Source: Phormidesmis sp. (lineage in GTDB: Bacteria; Cyanobacteriota; Cyanobacteriia; Leptolyngbyales; Leptolyngbyaceae). From it: 64,000 nt of DNA. The DNA lies in assembly GCA_965248535.1 (NCBI GenBank), contig CBDFJR010000002.1, positions 1,152,001-1,216,000 on the forward strand, in the 5' to 3' direction. The translations under genes were made by a program, and so were the position numbers. This document shows positions 1 to 9,080 of this stretch, one piece after another; position 1 is the stretch's first letter, and every line of letters begins with the position of its first letter. The notes beneath the pieces were generated by a model, which did not search any database, had not been told where the DNA came from, and was given only the letters and a program-made list of their open reading frames with translations.

Positions 1-342
1 GGCTAAATCTTCTTTTTTGACTAACTCTGTGGTTGCGGCCGCGATGAGTTCATTAACGCGATCGAGACACGCATTCAGTCCGGCGGCAAATTCATAGCGC
101 GTTAACGCCCGGTTGCCTCGATAGGTTTTGTCGGGGTAGCCTGCAATGCAGCCATACCGTTCGACTAGCGATTGCAAAGCCTGAAATGCCCAATCAGTCG
201 GCTTTACATCCGAAAGCTGCGAGACCGAAGTCACTTGCTCGATCTCGATTGGATTGGGTTGCGTCTCGGTTTCTAATGGTTGAGCGATCGCTGGAGTGGC
301 TACTAAAATAAACGCTGGAAACAATGACCACCCAATTTTCAT
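1..342 (-). CDS. SLH-domain OprB/SomA-type cyanobacterial porin, 5' part only (runs off window)
   Basis: Not in the ORF track. Manual translation from ATG 342: MKIGWSLFPAFILVATPAIAQ...QVTSVSQLSDVKPTDWAFQALQSLVERYGCIAGYPDKTYRGNRALTRYEFAAGLNACLDRVNELI, a signal peptide plus the typical cyanobacterial porin SLH segment. Confidence 0.93.
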   Translation of the reverse strand, partial: MKIGWSLFPAFILVATPAIAQPLETETQPNPIEIEQVTSVSQLSDVKPTDWAFQALQSLVERYGCIAGYPDKTYRGNRALTRYEFAAGLNACLDRVNELIAAATTELVKKEDLA

Positions 343-433
343 TAACTCTATCCTCACACACAATAACCCGGCCAAAAAATCTAGTAGAAGCCGATGATGA
401 ACGCTTCTACCAACCGATGGGGATTGATCAATG

Positions 434-1222
434 CTAATGCAGAATTTGTGATAGAAACTTGCGAGTGCGATCGTTGGTTGAATTGTTAAAAAACTTGTCG
501 GGCGTTGTGTCTTCAACCAGCAAGCCCTCGGCTAAGAAGATCACACGATCGGCAACTTCCCGCGCAAACCCAACTTCATGGGTGACACAAACCATCGTCA
601 TGCCTGATTGCGCCAGTCCTCGCATCACGTCTAAGACTTCGCGCACCATTTCGGGGTCGAGGGCAGAAGTCGGTTCGTCAAAGAGCATGACCTTAGGCTT
701 CATCGCTAAAGCACGAGCGATCGCCACTCGCTGCTGTTGCCCCCCCGAAAGCTGACCCGGATATTTGTTTGCCTGCTGATCGATGCCCACTCGCTTTAAC
801 AGCGTCATTCCTAACTCTTCGGCCTCAGCTTTAGACAACCCTCTCAGGTGAATGGGCGCTAGGGTGACGTTGCCTAAAATCGTGAGGTGCGGGAAGAGAT
901 TAAACTGCTGAAACACCATTCCCACTTCTCGTCGCACTAGCTCGATATTTTTAGCGTCGTGAGCGATCAGCGTTCCGTCAATCTCAATGCTGCCTTTTTG
1001 GTAGGGTTCTAGCGCATTAAACGTGCGGATAAACGTGGATTTTCCCGAACCAGATGGCCCCATTAAGACGACAACTTCGCCTTTATTAACCGTTAGACTC
1101 ACGCCTTTGAGAACGTGAAATCCGTTGTCGTAAGTTTTTTCGACATCTTTAGCGACAATGATCGGCTGTAGCTCCGCTGTGCTGCCGCTACTGTGAGCCG
1201 TTCCCGATTGAGAATAAGACAT
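434..1222 (-). CDS. Polar amino acid ABC transporter ATP-binding subunit (GlnQ family)
   Basis: Walker [17 protein letters not shown] signature, [11 protein letters not shown]. Start placed at ATG 1222 behind AGGAG (ORF extends to 1282). Confidence 0.93.
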   Translation of the reverse strand: MSYSQSGTAHSSGSTAELQPIIVAKDVEKTYDNGFHVLKGVSLTVNKGEVVVLMGPSGSGKSTFIRTFNALEPYQKGSIEIDGTLIAHDAKNIELVRREVGMVFQQFNLFPHLTILGNVTLAPIHLRGLSKAEAEELGMTLLKRVGIDQQANKYPGQLSGGQQQRVAIARALAMKPKVMLFDEPTSALDPEMVREVLDVMRGLAQSGMTMVCVTHEVGFAREVADRVIFLAEGLLVEDTTPDKFFNNSTNDRTRKFLSQILH

Positions 1223-1282
1223 GTCTACTGGTCTCCTTGACTGCAAATTAGTGATAACTTTGGCGTATCGTTGTCTAACCAT

Positions 1283-2179
1283 TTAGGCGGGCGGAGTTAA
1301 ATCAGGAAGCGGTTCGTTAAACCATTTCAATGAGAGTTCGTTGAGTTTTCCAGACTGTTTCATCGCTGTAATAATGGCATCAACTTTGACCACTAACCTG
1401 GCATCACCCTTGCGGATTCCGACATAGCAAGGAGAATTTTTCATGATGTATTTTTTCTCGATCTTTTTGTCTGGATTATCTTTGGTAATTTTGGCCGCAA
1501 CAACGTTTCCCGTCGCAATCAACGGAACTTGACCCGACACGAGCGCGGCAGCCGTTAGACTGTTGTTTGCAAATCGTTTTATCGTTGCAGTTCCCGCAGG
1601 GAGCTTAGAGAGTTCTAAGTCTTCTAAAGATCCTTGAGCAACCCCGATCGTTTGCCCCTTGAGATCCGCCGCAGAGGCGACAACGGCTTCTGGGATGCCG
1701 TAAACGCCCGAAAAGAAGGGGGCATAGGGCTGAGAAAAATCGATAATCTTAGCGCGGTCTTTGTTTTTGCCGAGGCTGGAAATCACTAGATCAGCCCGAT
1801 CGGTTTGCAAGAATGGCACCCGGTAGTTACCAATCACAGGAATCAACTCTAGTTTGACGTTCAGCCCTTTTGCAATCTCACTGGCAACGTCAATGTCATA
1901 GCCCCGCAAATCCATTTTGGGCCCCATTGAACCGAAGGGCGGAAAATCGTCGGGCACCGCCACTCGCACCGTTCCAGCCGCCATAATCTTGTCGAGGGTT
2001 TTACCGCGTTCTCCCGCAGGGGGCACGATTTCAGACGCGCTGATCAGTGCCAATTTCGTTACAGAGGTGGATGGCCCAGAACAGGAAGCCACGCTCACCG
2101 TAACCAGCAGACTGGCGAAGAAGAGGACGATCGCCCGGTGTAACCGATCGGGAAAGAATTCCTTCAATACTTTCATCAT
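1283..2179 (-). CDS. ABC transporter substrate-binding lipoprotein (family 3, PBP2)
   Basis: Lipobox VASC; DFPPFG, GYDID, RVPFLQT and DFSQPY motifs. Confidence 0.9.
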   Translation of the reverse strand: MMKVLKEFFPDRLHRAIVLFFASLLVTVSVASCSGPSTSVTKLALISASEIVPPAGERGKTLDKIMAAGTVRVAVPDDFPPFGSMGPKMDLRGYDIDVASEIAKGLNVKLELIPVIGNYRVPFLQTDRADLVISSLGKNKDRAKIIDFSQPYAPFFSGVYGIPEAVVASAADLKGQTIGVAQGSLEDLELSKLPAGTATIKRFANNSLTAAALVSGQVPLIATGNVVAAKITKDNPDKKIEKKYIMKNSPCYVGIRKGDARLVVKVDAIITAMKQSGKLNELSLKWFNEPLPDLTPPA

Positions 2180-2183
2180 TTTT

Positions 2184-2837
2184 TTATGCCTTGTAGCTCA
2201 GTTTCTTCTCTAGTTGTTGACTCCAAGCCGAGAGCGGATAGCAGAGGGCAAAATAGAGCAAACCTGCTAATGAAAAAACCAGCAGGGATTTCAAGGTGAC
2301 GTTGTTAATCTGGGTCGCAACACGAGAAATTTCGGCAAACCCAATCACTGATGCTAGAGATGTGCCTTTAATGACTTGTACTAAAAATCCCACGGTCGGC
2401 GCGATCGAGAGCTTTACCGCTTGCGGCAAAACCACGAGCCGTAGCTGTTTAAAATAGCCAAATCCCAGCGCTGAAGAGGCTTCCCACTGACCTCTAGGAA
2501 TCGCTTCGATCGAGCCTCGCCAAATGTCTGCCAAAAACGAACTAGTGAAGGCAGTTAACGCTAGCGTTGCGGCTACGAGGGGAGATAAGTTAATGCCAAA
2601 CACAACAGAGATGCCAAAGAAGGCAAGAAATAGCTGTAACAGAAGCGGAGTGCCTTCAAAAAACTCAATGTACACCAAACTGAGAAACTTGACCCACTTG
2701 ATTGACGAGATTCGCATCAGGGTGATTAAAAAACCGACAATGCCGCCCACCACGAAGGCGATCGCGGACAAGATAATCGTCCATTTAGCAGCAACCAACA
2801 AATTGATTAAGATTTGCGAGACGGTAAATTCATCCAT
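2184..2837 (-). CDS. Amino acid ABC transporter permease
   Basis: HisM/GlnP-type TM pattern, GTPLLLQLF, EAA loop (GQWEASSALG). Confidence 0.92.
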   Translation of the reverse strand: MDEFTVSQILINLLVAAKWTIILSAIAFVVGGIVGFLITLMRISSIKWVKFLSLVYIEFFEGTPLLLQLFLAFFGISVVFGINLSPLVAATLALTAFTSSFLADIWRGSIEAIPRGQWEASSALGFGYFKQLRLVVLPQAVKLSIAPTVGFLVQVIKGTSLASVIGFAEISRVATQINNVTLKSLLVFSLAGLLYFALCYPLSAWSQQLEKKLSYKA

Positions 2838-2855
2838 TTCCAACGTCCTAAAAAG

Positions 2856-3530
2856 CTAGCGGCGATATTTAGCAAACTCAAAAAACCGTCGTTCAATCAA
2901 AAATGCCATCGCTTTAATAATCCAAACAAGGGCTAAATAAATTAGCGAAATTGTAAAGTAGATTTCAAAGCTTCGGAAGCTGCGAGCGTTGAGAAAATCG
3001 CCGACAAATGTTAAATCTTCGGTCGCAATTTGAGACACGACGCTGGTAAATAAAACTGCTAGGATCACTTGCCCAACTAGCGCAGGATAGATATTAGCTA
3101 AAGCGGGAAGCAAAATAATATGACGAAAAATAGACAATGGCTTGAATCCAAGCGCCATTCCTGCTTCGACCTGTCCTTTATGAATGCTTTCAACGCCAGC
3201 GCGGACAATCTCCGTAGAATAAGCGCCAAAGTTCACCGCTAATGACAGAATTGCCGCTTGTTCGGCAGTTAATTTAATGCCTAAGTTTGGCATTCCAAAA
3301 AAGATAAAAAATAGCTGAATCAGATAAGGAGTGTTGCGAATAACCTCGACGTAGGCCAGCGCGATCGCATCTAAAATCTTGTTTTTTGACGTTCTAAAAA
3401 TGGCCCCAATGATGCCAATCACTAGACCAAACGCGATCGCTAACAGCGATATTTTAAAGGTTAACCATGCACCTGCCAGCAGCAGTCCAATGTTATCCCC
3501 AATAATCGAGAACTGAAACGAATATCCCAT
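2856..3530 (-). CDS. Amino acid ABC transporter permease
   Basis: RNTPYLIQLF, EIVRAGVESIHKGQVEAG EAA loop. Confidence 0.92.
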   Translation of the reverse strand: MGYSFQFSIIGDNIGLLLAGAWLTFKISLLAIAFGLVIGIIGAIFRTSKNKILDAIALAYVEVIRNTPYLIQLFFIFFGMPNLGIKLTAEQAAILSLAVNFGAYSTEIVRAGVESIHKGQVEAGMALGFKPLSIFRHIILLPALANIYPALVGQVILAVLFTSVVSQIATEDLTFVGDFLNARSFRSFEIYFTISLIYLALVWIIKAMAFLIERRFFEFAKYRR

Positions 3531-3578
3531 AGTCTTCAACGCTTATAGCGAGTAGAAAACAATCAGCGTATTCTGGGT

Positions 3579-3621
3579 ACAGTAGTTAATTTAATAGATT
3601 AAGTTTGTGTTTGAGAGTACA
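3579..3621 (-). promoter_or_regulatory. Putative NtcA-activated (class II) promoter of the ABC-porin operon
   Basis: Minus strand tGTActctcaaaCACa (3621-3606; one mismatch to GTA-N8-TAC), then exactly 22 nt to -10 TACTGT (3584-3579). Confidence 0.65.
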
Positions 3622-3720
3622 CTTTTAATTCAATTTTGTCTTTGCCAAGATAAACTATTAGCATCTCAATTAGGGCAAGGTTACGCATCTCGCTAACTAC
3701 TCAGTCTCTATCTGAATCGT

Positions 3721-5064
3721 CTACTTTTTCGCGGGTTTAAACCGCTCTTTTGCGGCTGCAAACGACTCTCGCATCACGGTCTGAATTCGTTTGGGGTCAG
3801 GCGTGTTGCCGCCCAACAGATCTCCAAAATAGACGCAGGCTGTTTCTCCCAATGCCCACGTGTAAGTGGTTGCCCAAGATGCAGCAATCACACTGCCAAA
3901 ACCAGGGATGAATTTGATTAGCTCACGCCCGATCGCTTGGGCGACAAATCCCCCGGCGATCGCGCTGACCAGCCCCCCCGCCTGAGACGGACTGAGGGTT
4001 TGCCCATAAATTTGCCCTAACAAACCCACCATTGAGGCTTGCAGCGCCGTCAGCACAGGCATCGTTGCTAAAGGGAGTGGCACCGCAGCTAACGCCCCCG
4101 CCATCACCGAAAAGGGCAAAATGTAGCGCCGTCCGGCTTCTCGGTAGAGGTTGCTGATTTGTTTTCCGGCTTCTCGATCGCTCAATAACTGCGATATCGT
4201 CCGAGACTCTGCTTCGGGCAGCAAGTCTGCAAGGGCATCAGCCAGCGCGTCTAAGCCATAAAACACGGGAGTAAAGCCATCGTCTTCTAACGTGAAATCG
4301 ATGAGGACGGTGCGATCGAACAATCCTTCAAATCCGCGCTGCAACTCCACAAAGGCTCGACTCACGTCTTCAAAGCTAGGCGGATAGGCAGGATGATCTT
4401 CAACCTCTGCCGGATAAAGCTCGTGGAGACAGGTCACCGCCAATAAACAAGGCACTTCAGGATGCTGTTGCCGGATTTGATCAGCGACTTGTTTCAGCGT
4501 ATCGGTCGCAAAGTCAGTAATCTTCACCGTTAGGATGAGGATTTTTGCCTGAGTTTCTCCTCGCCCCTTAATAGACTTGCCCTCAATCTCGCCCACAAGC
4601 TCTCGAATGACTTCGGTCGTTTCTTGAGTGCCATCGCCCAAACCCACGGTGTCTGTAAAGACCAGCAGCGGCAAATCATCGGTCGGATAGCTATAGCGTT
4701 GGGTATATCGCGTGTGGGGTCGAAACCCTTGACCAATAATCTCTGTCGAAACGCCTGTTAAACCACGCACGATCGAGCTTTTGCCCGCCTGGGGCTTGCC
4801 AATTAACAGGGCTTCGGTGGTCGGCAACTCTGCCCGAATCTTCTTGAGAATCTCAGCAATTTCGGCTTCGTCAACCCTAAACCATCCGGTGACGGTCTGG
4901 GCAACCTGCTGCACTGGCAGAGCCTGACTTAGATTTGAGGTGACATTCCCCCAAAAATCTCGCGTTTTGTCGAGCCAATGCTGAGTGACCTGCGCCTGAG
5001 ATGGCGCATCAGCGGTTTGAGGCGTGCTAGAAGATGGATGGTTGTCTTCGGGTTGCTCGGCCAT
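3721..5064 (-). CDS. GTPase domain plus DUF697/YcjF-like membrane domain protein
   Basis: G1 GKPQAGKSS, G3 DTVG, C-terminal Gly/Ala-rich hydrophobic helices (KFIPGFGSVIAA). Confidence 0.8.
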   Translation of the reverse strand: MAEQPEDNHPSSSTPQTADAPSQAQVTQHWLDKTRDFWGNVTSNLSQALPVQQVAQTVTGWFRVDEAEIAEILKKIRAELPTTEALLIGKPQAGKSSIVRGLTGVSTEIIGQGFRPHTRYTQRYSYPTDDLPLLVFTDTVGLGDGTQETTEVIRELVGEIEGKSIKGRGETQAKILILTVKITDFATDTLKQVADQIRQQHPEVPCLLAVTCLHELYPAEVEDHPAYPPSFEDVSRAFVELQRGFEGLFDRTVLIDFTLEDDGFTPVFYGLDALADALADLLPEAESRTISQLLSDREAGKQISNLYREAGRRYILPFSVMAGALAAVPLPLATMPVLTALQASMVGLLGQIYGQTLSPSQAGGLVSAIAGGFVAQAIGRELIKFIPGFGSVIAASWATTYTWALGETACVYFGDLLGGNTPDPKRIQTVMRESFAAAKERFKPAKK

Positions 5065-5162
5065 GATCGTCTAGAAGTTCCACAACGGGCGACTTCTCAA
5101 ACTTACCGCAGCTTGCTCTGAGTTAACAGAGCAGGGAACCGAACCCAGACGATCGCCGCTTT

Positions 5163-5471
5163 CTAAGCCTCTTCACGCGGGTCGCCGCCGGGAGACGACC
5201 GATAGAGCGCGTCTAGCTGCTCGCGGGCATCTTCGACGGTCATCGATCGCATAACTAACAGTGGCTCGTTGATCAGCTTACCGTTGTTGTCTAACAATTC
5301 GGGGTGGGGCACTCGGATGCGAGAAGACATCGGGCGAGCCGGGTCATAGCTTCTCGGCGCATAGTGTCGCTGCGACTCAGCCCCTAGAGTCAACAGGTTG
5401 CGAATCAGGTTACCGATCGCTAAAAAAGCAAGCAAGGTAAACGCGAAAATGTAAATCAAATGCAATATCAT
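5163..5471 (-). CDS. DUF2973-type conserved cyanobacterial membrane protein
   Basis: N-terminal TM, HPELLD-x2-G and EPLLVMRS motifs. Confidence 0.8.
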   Translation of the reverse strand: MILHLIYIFAFTLLAFLAIGNLIRNLLTLGAESQRHYAPRSYDPARPMSSRIRVPHPELLDNNGKLINEPLLVMRSMTVEDAREQLDALYRSSPGGDPREEA

Positions 5472-5662
5472 AGCGCCTCTTTAACGGAACCACGCCGACT
5501 TAAATGGATGGAAAACCAGGGCTGCTCTAGCCTTGAGGCAACCCTGCCTGCTGATAGGTCGTGGGGACAACCCCTTCAATTCCAAAAACTTTAGGCAGAC
5601 TGTTTAAAAATTAATCTTTATATCTAATCATCGCTCATAGTCTCTCAGATTTCTCACTCTCG

Positions 5663-5992
5663 TCACATCTCTTTTTGAATGGACGGATTAGAGCGTAGTC
5701 GCATACTCACCTGCCAGCATTCTGTGACGATTTGATGCCAAGTCATCAGCATCGAAGTCTCAACCCCTACCTGCCCATCAGTCACTTTTAGGAGAGTTTG
5801 TGTCGTTCTGACTTCTTGCTGGGCCTGGGTTACTCGTGCGAGTAGGGCGGCTTGCTGCTCGGCTTTGAGAAAAGAGATGGGTGCTGACTCAAAGAGGGAG
5901 CGCGATCGCTCAAACCAATATTGAAAATCGTCTAACAATGGCTCTAAAACGGTCTTTAGCAGATCTGGGTCTGGCAAATTAGAGTTAAACAT
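5663..5992 (-). CDS. DUF2605-type conserved cyanobacterial protein
   Basis: LLKTVLEPLLDDFQYWF...WHQIVTECW motif; usual neighbour of DUF2973 and thrS. Confidence 0.8.
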   Translation of the reverse strand: MFNSNLPDPDLLKTVLEPLLDDFQYWFERSRSLFESAPISFLKAEQQAALLARVTQAQQEVRTTQTLLKVTDGQVGVETSMLMTWHQIVTECWQVSMRLRSNPSIQKEM

Positions 5993-6148
5993 GCATCTAA
6001 ACTATCTTGGAAATTGTCAGGAATCTCTAAAACTATTTACATTTCGCAATGCTTTCTCATCTTACCCCCAACTGGTGACTCTGCGACATTCATCCCATTC
6101 ATCGCGATCGGATCGGTAAGATGGATAGAGTTATATCCAGCACGACCC

Positions 6149-7966
6149 ATGCCTGCCGAAGAATCTTCTAATCAGCCCGAAAAAATCTATTTGCCGCGCA
6201 CCAGCGAATCCGATGCGTTGAAAAAAATTCGCCATACGGCTTCTCACGTCATGGCAATGGCGGTGCAGAAATTGTTTCCCAAGGCGCAAGTGACGATCGG
6301 GCCGTGGATCGAGAATGGCTTCTACTACGACTTTGACAGCCCCGAACCGTTTACCGAAAAAGACTTGAAGGCAATCAAAAAGGAGATGATCAAGATCATC
6401 AACCGCAAATTGCCCGTGACTCGCGAAGAAGTGACTCGCGAAGACGCTGAACGCCGCATCAAAGAGGCAAACGAACCCTACAAGCTAGAGATTTTAGAAG
6501 GCTTGCAGGAGCCGATCACGCTCTATCACCTTGGCGATCAGTGGTGGGATCTCTGCGCCGGCCCGCATTTAGAAAACACTGCCGAATTGAAAGCCGACGC
6601 GATCGACCTAGAAAGCGTCGCCGGAGCCTATTGGCGCGGAGACGAAACCAAAGCCCAGCTTCAGCGCATCTATGGCACGGCTTGGGAGACTCCTGAGCAG
6701 TTGACTGAATATAAGCGTCGCAAAGAAGAGGCTCTCAAGCGCGATCACCGCAAACTGGGTAAAGAACTCGGACTGTTTATCTTCTCAGATCTCGTCGGCC
6801 CCGGTTTGCCGATGTGGACTCCCAAAGGCACCGTGCTGCGATCGACTCTCGAAGATTTTCTCAAGCAAGAGCAAACTAAGCGCGGCTATCTGCCTGTGGT
6901 CACGCCTCACATTGCCAGAGTTGATCTGTTTAAGATGTCTGGACACTGGCAAAAATATCAAGAAGATATGTTTCCGCTGATGGCGGAAGATGATGAATCT
7001 CGCGCCGCAGAACAAGGCTTTGTGATGAAGCCGATGAACTGTCCGTTTCACATTCAGATCTATAAGAGTGAGTTGCGATCGTATCGAGAACTGCCGATGC
7101 GACTGGCAGAGTTTGGCACCGTCTATCGCTATGAGCAATCGGGCGAGTTGGGCGGCTTGACCAGAGTGCGCGGCTTTACGGTCGATGACTCGCACCTGTT
7201 TGTCACCCCCGAACAGTTGGATGCAGAATTTCTCAACGTGGTGGATTTGATTTTGTCGGTGTTTAAGAGTCTGCAACTCAAGAACTTTAAGGCGCGGTTG
7301 AGTTTCCGCGATCCGGCTTCTGACAAATATATTGGCTCTGATGAAGCGTGGGAAAAGGCCGAAGGGGCGATTCGCCGTGCGGTTGAGACGCTGGGAATGA
7401 ACTACTTTGAGGGCATCGGAGAGGCAGCGTTTTATGGCCCTAAATTAGACTTTATTTTTAGCGATGCCCTCGATCGTGAGTGGCAGCTTGGCACGGTTCA
7501 AGTCGATTACAACTTACCTGAGCGGTTCGATCTGGAATATGTCGCAGAAGACGGCACCCGCAAACGTCCCGTGATGATTCACCGTGCGCCGTTTGGGTCG
7601 CTAGAGCGGCTGATCGGCATTCTGATCGAAGAATATGCAGGAGATTTCCCGGTGTGGTTGGCTCCGATTCAAGCTCGGTTGCTGCCTGTGAGCGAGGAGT
7701 TTATGCCCTTTGCCCAACAGGTGGTTGAGCAGATGAAGGCGATCGGCATCCGGGCTGAGGTTGATTTGGGGGGCGATCGCTTGGGCAAAATGATCCGCAA
7801 TGCTGAGAAGGAAAAGATTCCTGTCATGGCGGTGGTTGGGGCCAAAGAGGTCGAAGCCAATGCCTTGAGCATTCGGACTCGCGCATCGGGTGAGTTGGGT
7901 TCGCTGCCCGTCGCCGAAGTGCTAGAGCGGATGAAGGGGGCGATCGTGAACTACACCAACTTTTAA
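6149..7966 (+). CDS. thrS: Threonine--tRNA ligase
   Basis: RHTASH, DLCAGPH, KRDHRKLG, KPMNCP, AFYGPKLD, IHRAPFGSLER motifs; start set at ATG 6149. Confidence 0.98.
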   Translation: MPAEESSNQPEKIYLPRTSESDALKKIRHTASHVMAMAVQKLFPKAQVTIGPWIENGFYYDFDSPEPFTEKDLKAIKKEMIKIINRKLPVTREEVTREDAERRIKEANEPYKLEILEGLQEPITLYHLGDQWWDLCAGPHLENTAELKADAIDLESVAGAYWRGDETKAQLQRIYGTAWETPEQLTEYKRRKEEALKRDHRKLGKELGLFIFSDLVGPGLPMWTPKGTVLRSTLEDFLKQEQTKRGYLPVVTPHIARVDLFKMSGHWQKYQEDMFPLMAEDDESRAAEQGFVMKPMNCPFHIQIYKSELRSYRELPMRLAEFGTVYRYEQSGELGGLTRVRGFTVDDSHLFVTPEQLDAEFLNVVDLILSVFKSLQLKNFKARLSFRDPASDKYIGSDEAWEKAEGAIRRAVETLGMNYFEGIGEAAFYGPKLDFIFSDALDREWQLGTVQVDYNLPERFDLEYVAEDGTRKRPVMIHRAPFGSLERLIGILIEEYAGDFPVWLAPIQARLLPVSEEFMPFAQQVVEQMKAIGIRAEVDLGGDRLGKMIRNAEKEKIPVMAVVGAKEVEANALSIRTRASGELGSLPVAEVLERMKGAIVNYTNF

Positions 7967-7993
7967 CAGGATGAATGTCGTTGAGTTGGGACG

Positions 7994-8839
7994 GTGGTAG
8001 ATCCGCAGGATGAGCGGGAGAGCACGCTAGAGGGCACAGCAGGACATGCCCTCTGGCTGTCATCGTCTGATCAAATTTATGTCGAGATTCAGGGCAACAG
8101 GAATAATCCTGTGGTGCTGTTTTTACACGGATTTTTAGGGAGTTGTCGAGAGTTTGACGCGATCGTGCCTCACCTCCTCGATCGATTTTGCTGTTTGAGG
8201 GTTGACTTACCGGGTCACGGTCAGACTCAGGTTTGTGCAGAAACTTACACGATGCCCAACACGGCAGCATTAATCATTCATCTTCTTGACTATCTCAAGA
8301 TTTCTCAATGCCATTTAATCGGCTATTCAATGGGCGGGCGGTTAGCGTTATATTTAGCATTGCAGTTTCCCGATCGTTGTCTCAAAACAGTGTTGGAGTC
8401 TGCATCACCCGGACTGAGAACTGAGGCAGAGCGCCTGGCCCGAAAACAACACGATGCCACGCTTGCCGATCGCTTAGAGCATGATTTTCCAACGTTTCTG
8501 ACCGCGTGGTATGAACAACCGTTGTTTCGATCGCTGCGGCAGCATCCAGATTTTGAGCAGATTTTTCGGCAGCGATGCAACAATCGACCGTCAGATCTGG
8601 CCCGATCGCTGCGTTATTTGGGCACAGGTGAGCAGCCAAACTTGTGGAATCGGCTCAAGAGTCATCAAAATCCGCTCTTGCTGTTGGTAGGAGAGCACGA
8701 TCGTAAGTTCGTCTCAATCAATCAAGAAATGGCTCATCTTTGCAAAGCGGCTCAACTCAAAATCATTCCAACCACGGGACACACTATTCACGCTGAAGCG
8801 CCTCAAACGTTTGCCCTGCAAATTCGTAGATTTTTGTAA
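7994..8839 (+). CDS. menH: SHCHC synthase (alpha/beta hydrolase, phylloquinone pathway)
   Basis: LHGFLGS, DLPGHG, GYSMGGR nucleophile, LESASPGL, WYEQPLF; true start uncertain. Confidence 0.85.
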   Translation: MVDPQDERESTLEGTAGHALWLSSSDQIYVEIQGNRNNPVVLFLHGFLGSCREFDAIVPHLLDRFCCLRVDLPGHGQTQVCAETYTMPNTAALIIHLLDYLKISQCHLIGYSMGGRLALYLALQFPDRCLKTVLESASPGLRTEAERLARKQHDATLADRLEHDFPTFLTAWYEQPLFRSLRQHPDFEQIFRQRCNNRPSDLARSLRYLGTGEQPNLWNRLKSHQNPLLLLVGEHDRKFVSINQEMAHLCKAAQLKIIPTTGHTIHAEAPQTFALQIRRFL

Positions 8840-8858
8840 ACCGTAGATTTTTGTAAAC
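8825..8858. repeat. Perfect 17-bp tandem duplication CGTAGATTTTTGTAAAC x2 spanning the menH stop
   Basis: Read directly: 8825-8841 = 8842-8858. Confidence 0.9.
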
Positions 8859-8971
8859 CCTTTCAGGACTATCCCGATCAGCGATCGGGCTGGGCGAATA
8901 GTGATCCAGCTATATAAGCATGTATTAAATCGAACTAAGTAATTAGGATCGATAAAAACAAGCTCTTTATA

Positions 8972-8987
8972 TAGTACAAATGATCTA
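8972..8987. promoter_or_regulatory. Possible cyanobacterial LexA box
   Basis: TAGTACAAATGATCTA; one core mismatch to RGTAC-N3-DGTWC, in an AT-rich intergenic region. Confidence 0.35.
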
Positions 8988-9080
8988 TTTTAGGAATAAG
9001 CGCTGGTTGCTCGACAGCCGGGAGCTTTGACAAAAAAGATTCTGTCCATCCCTAAACCCTCAACGCTGGAAGCCAAAATC

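Noticed and set aside
7994..8080. Additional frameshift at the menH 5' end (out-of-frame ATG at 8046)
   Set aside because: The in-frame GTG start gives an open frame; there is not enough evidence either way
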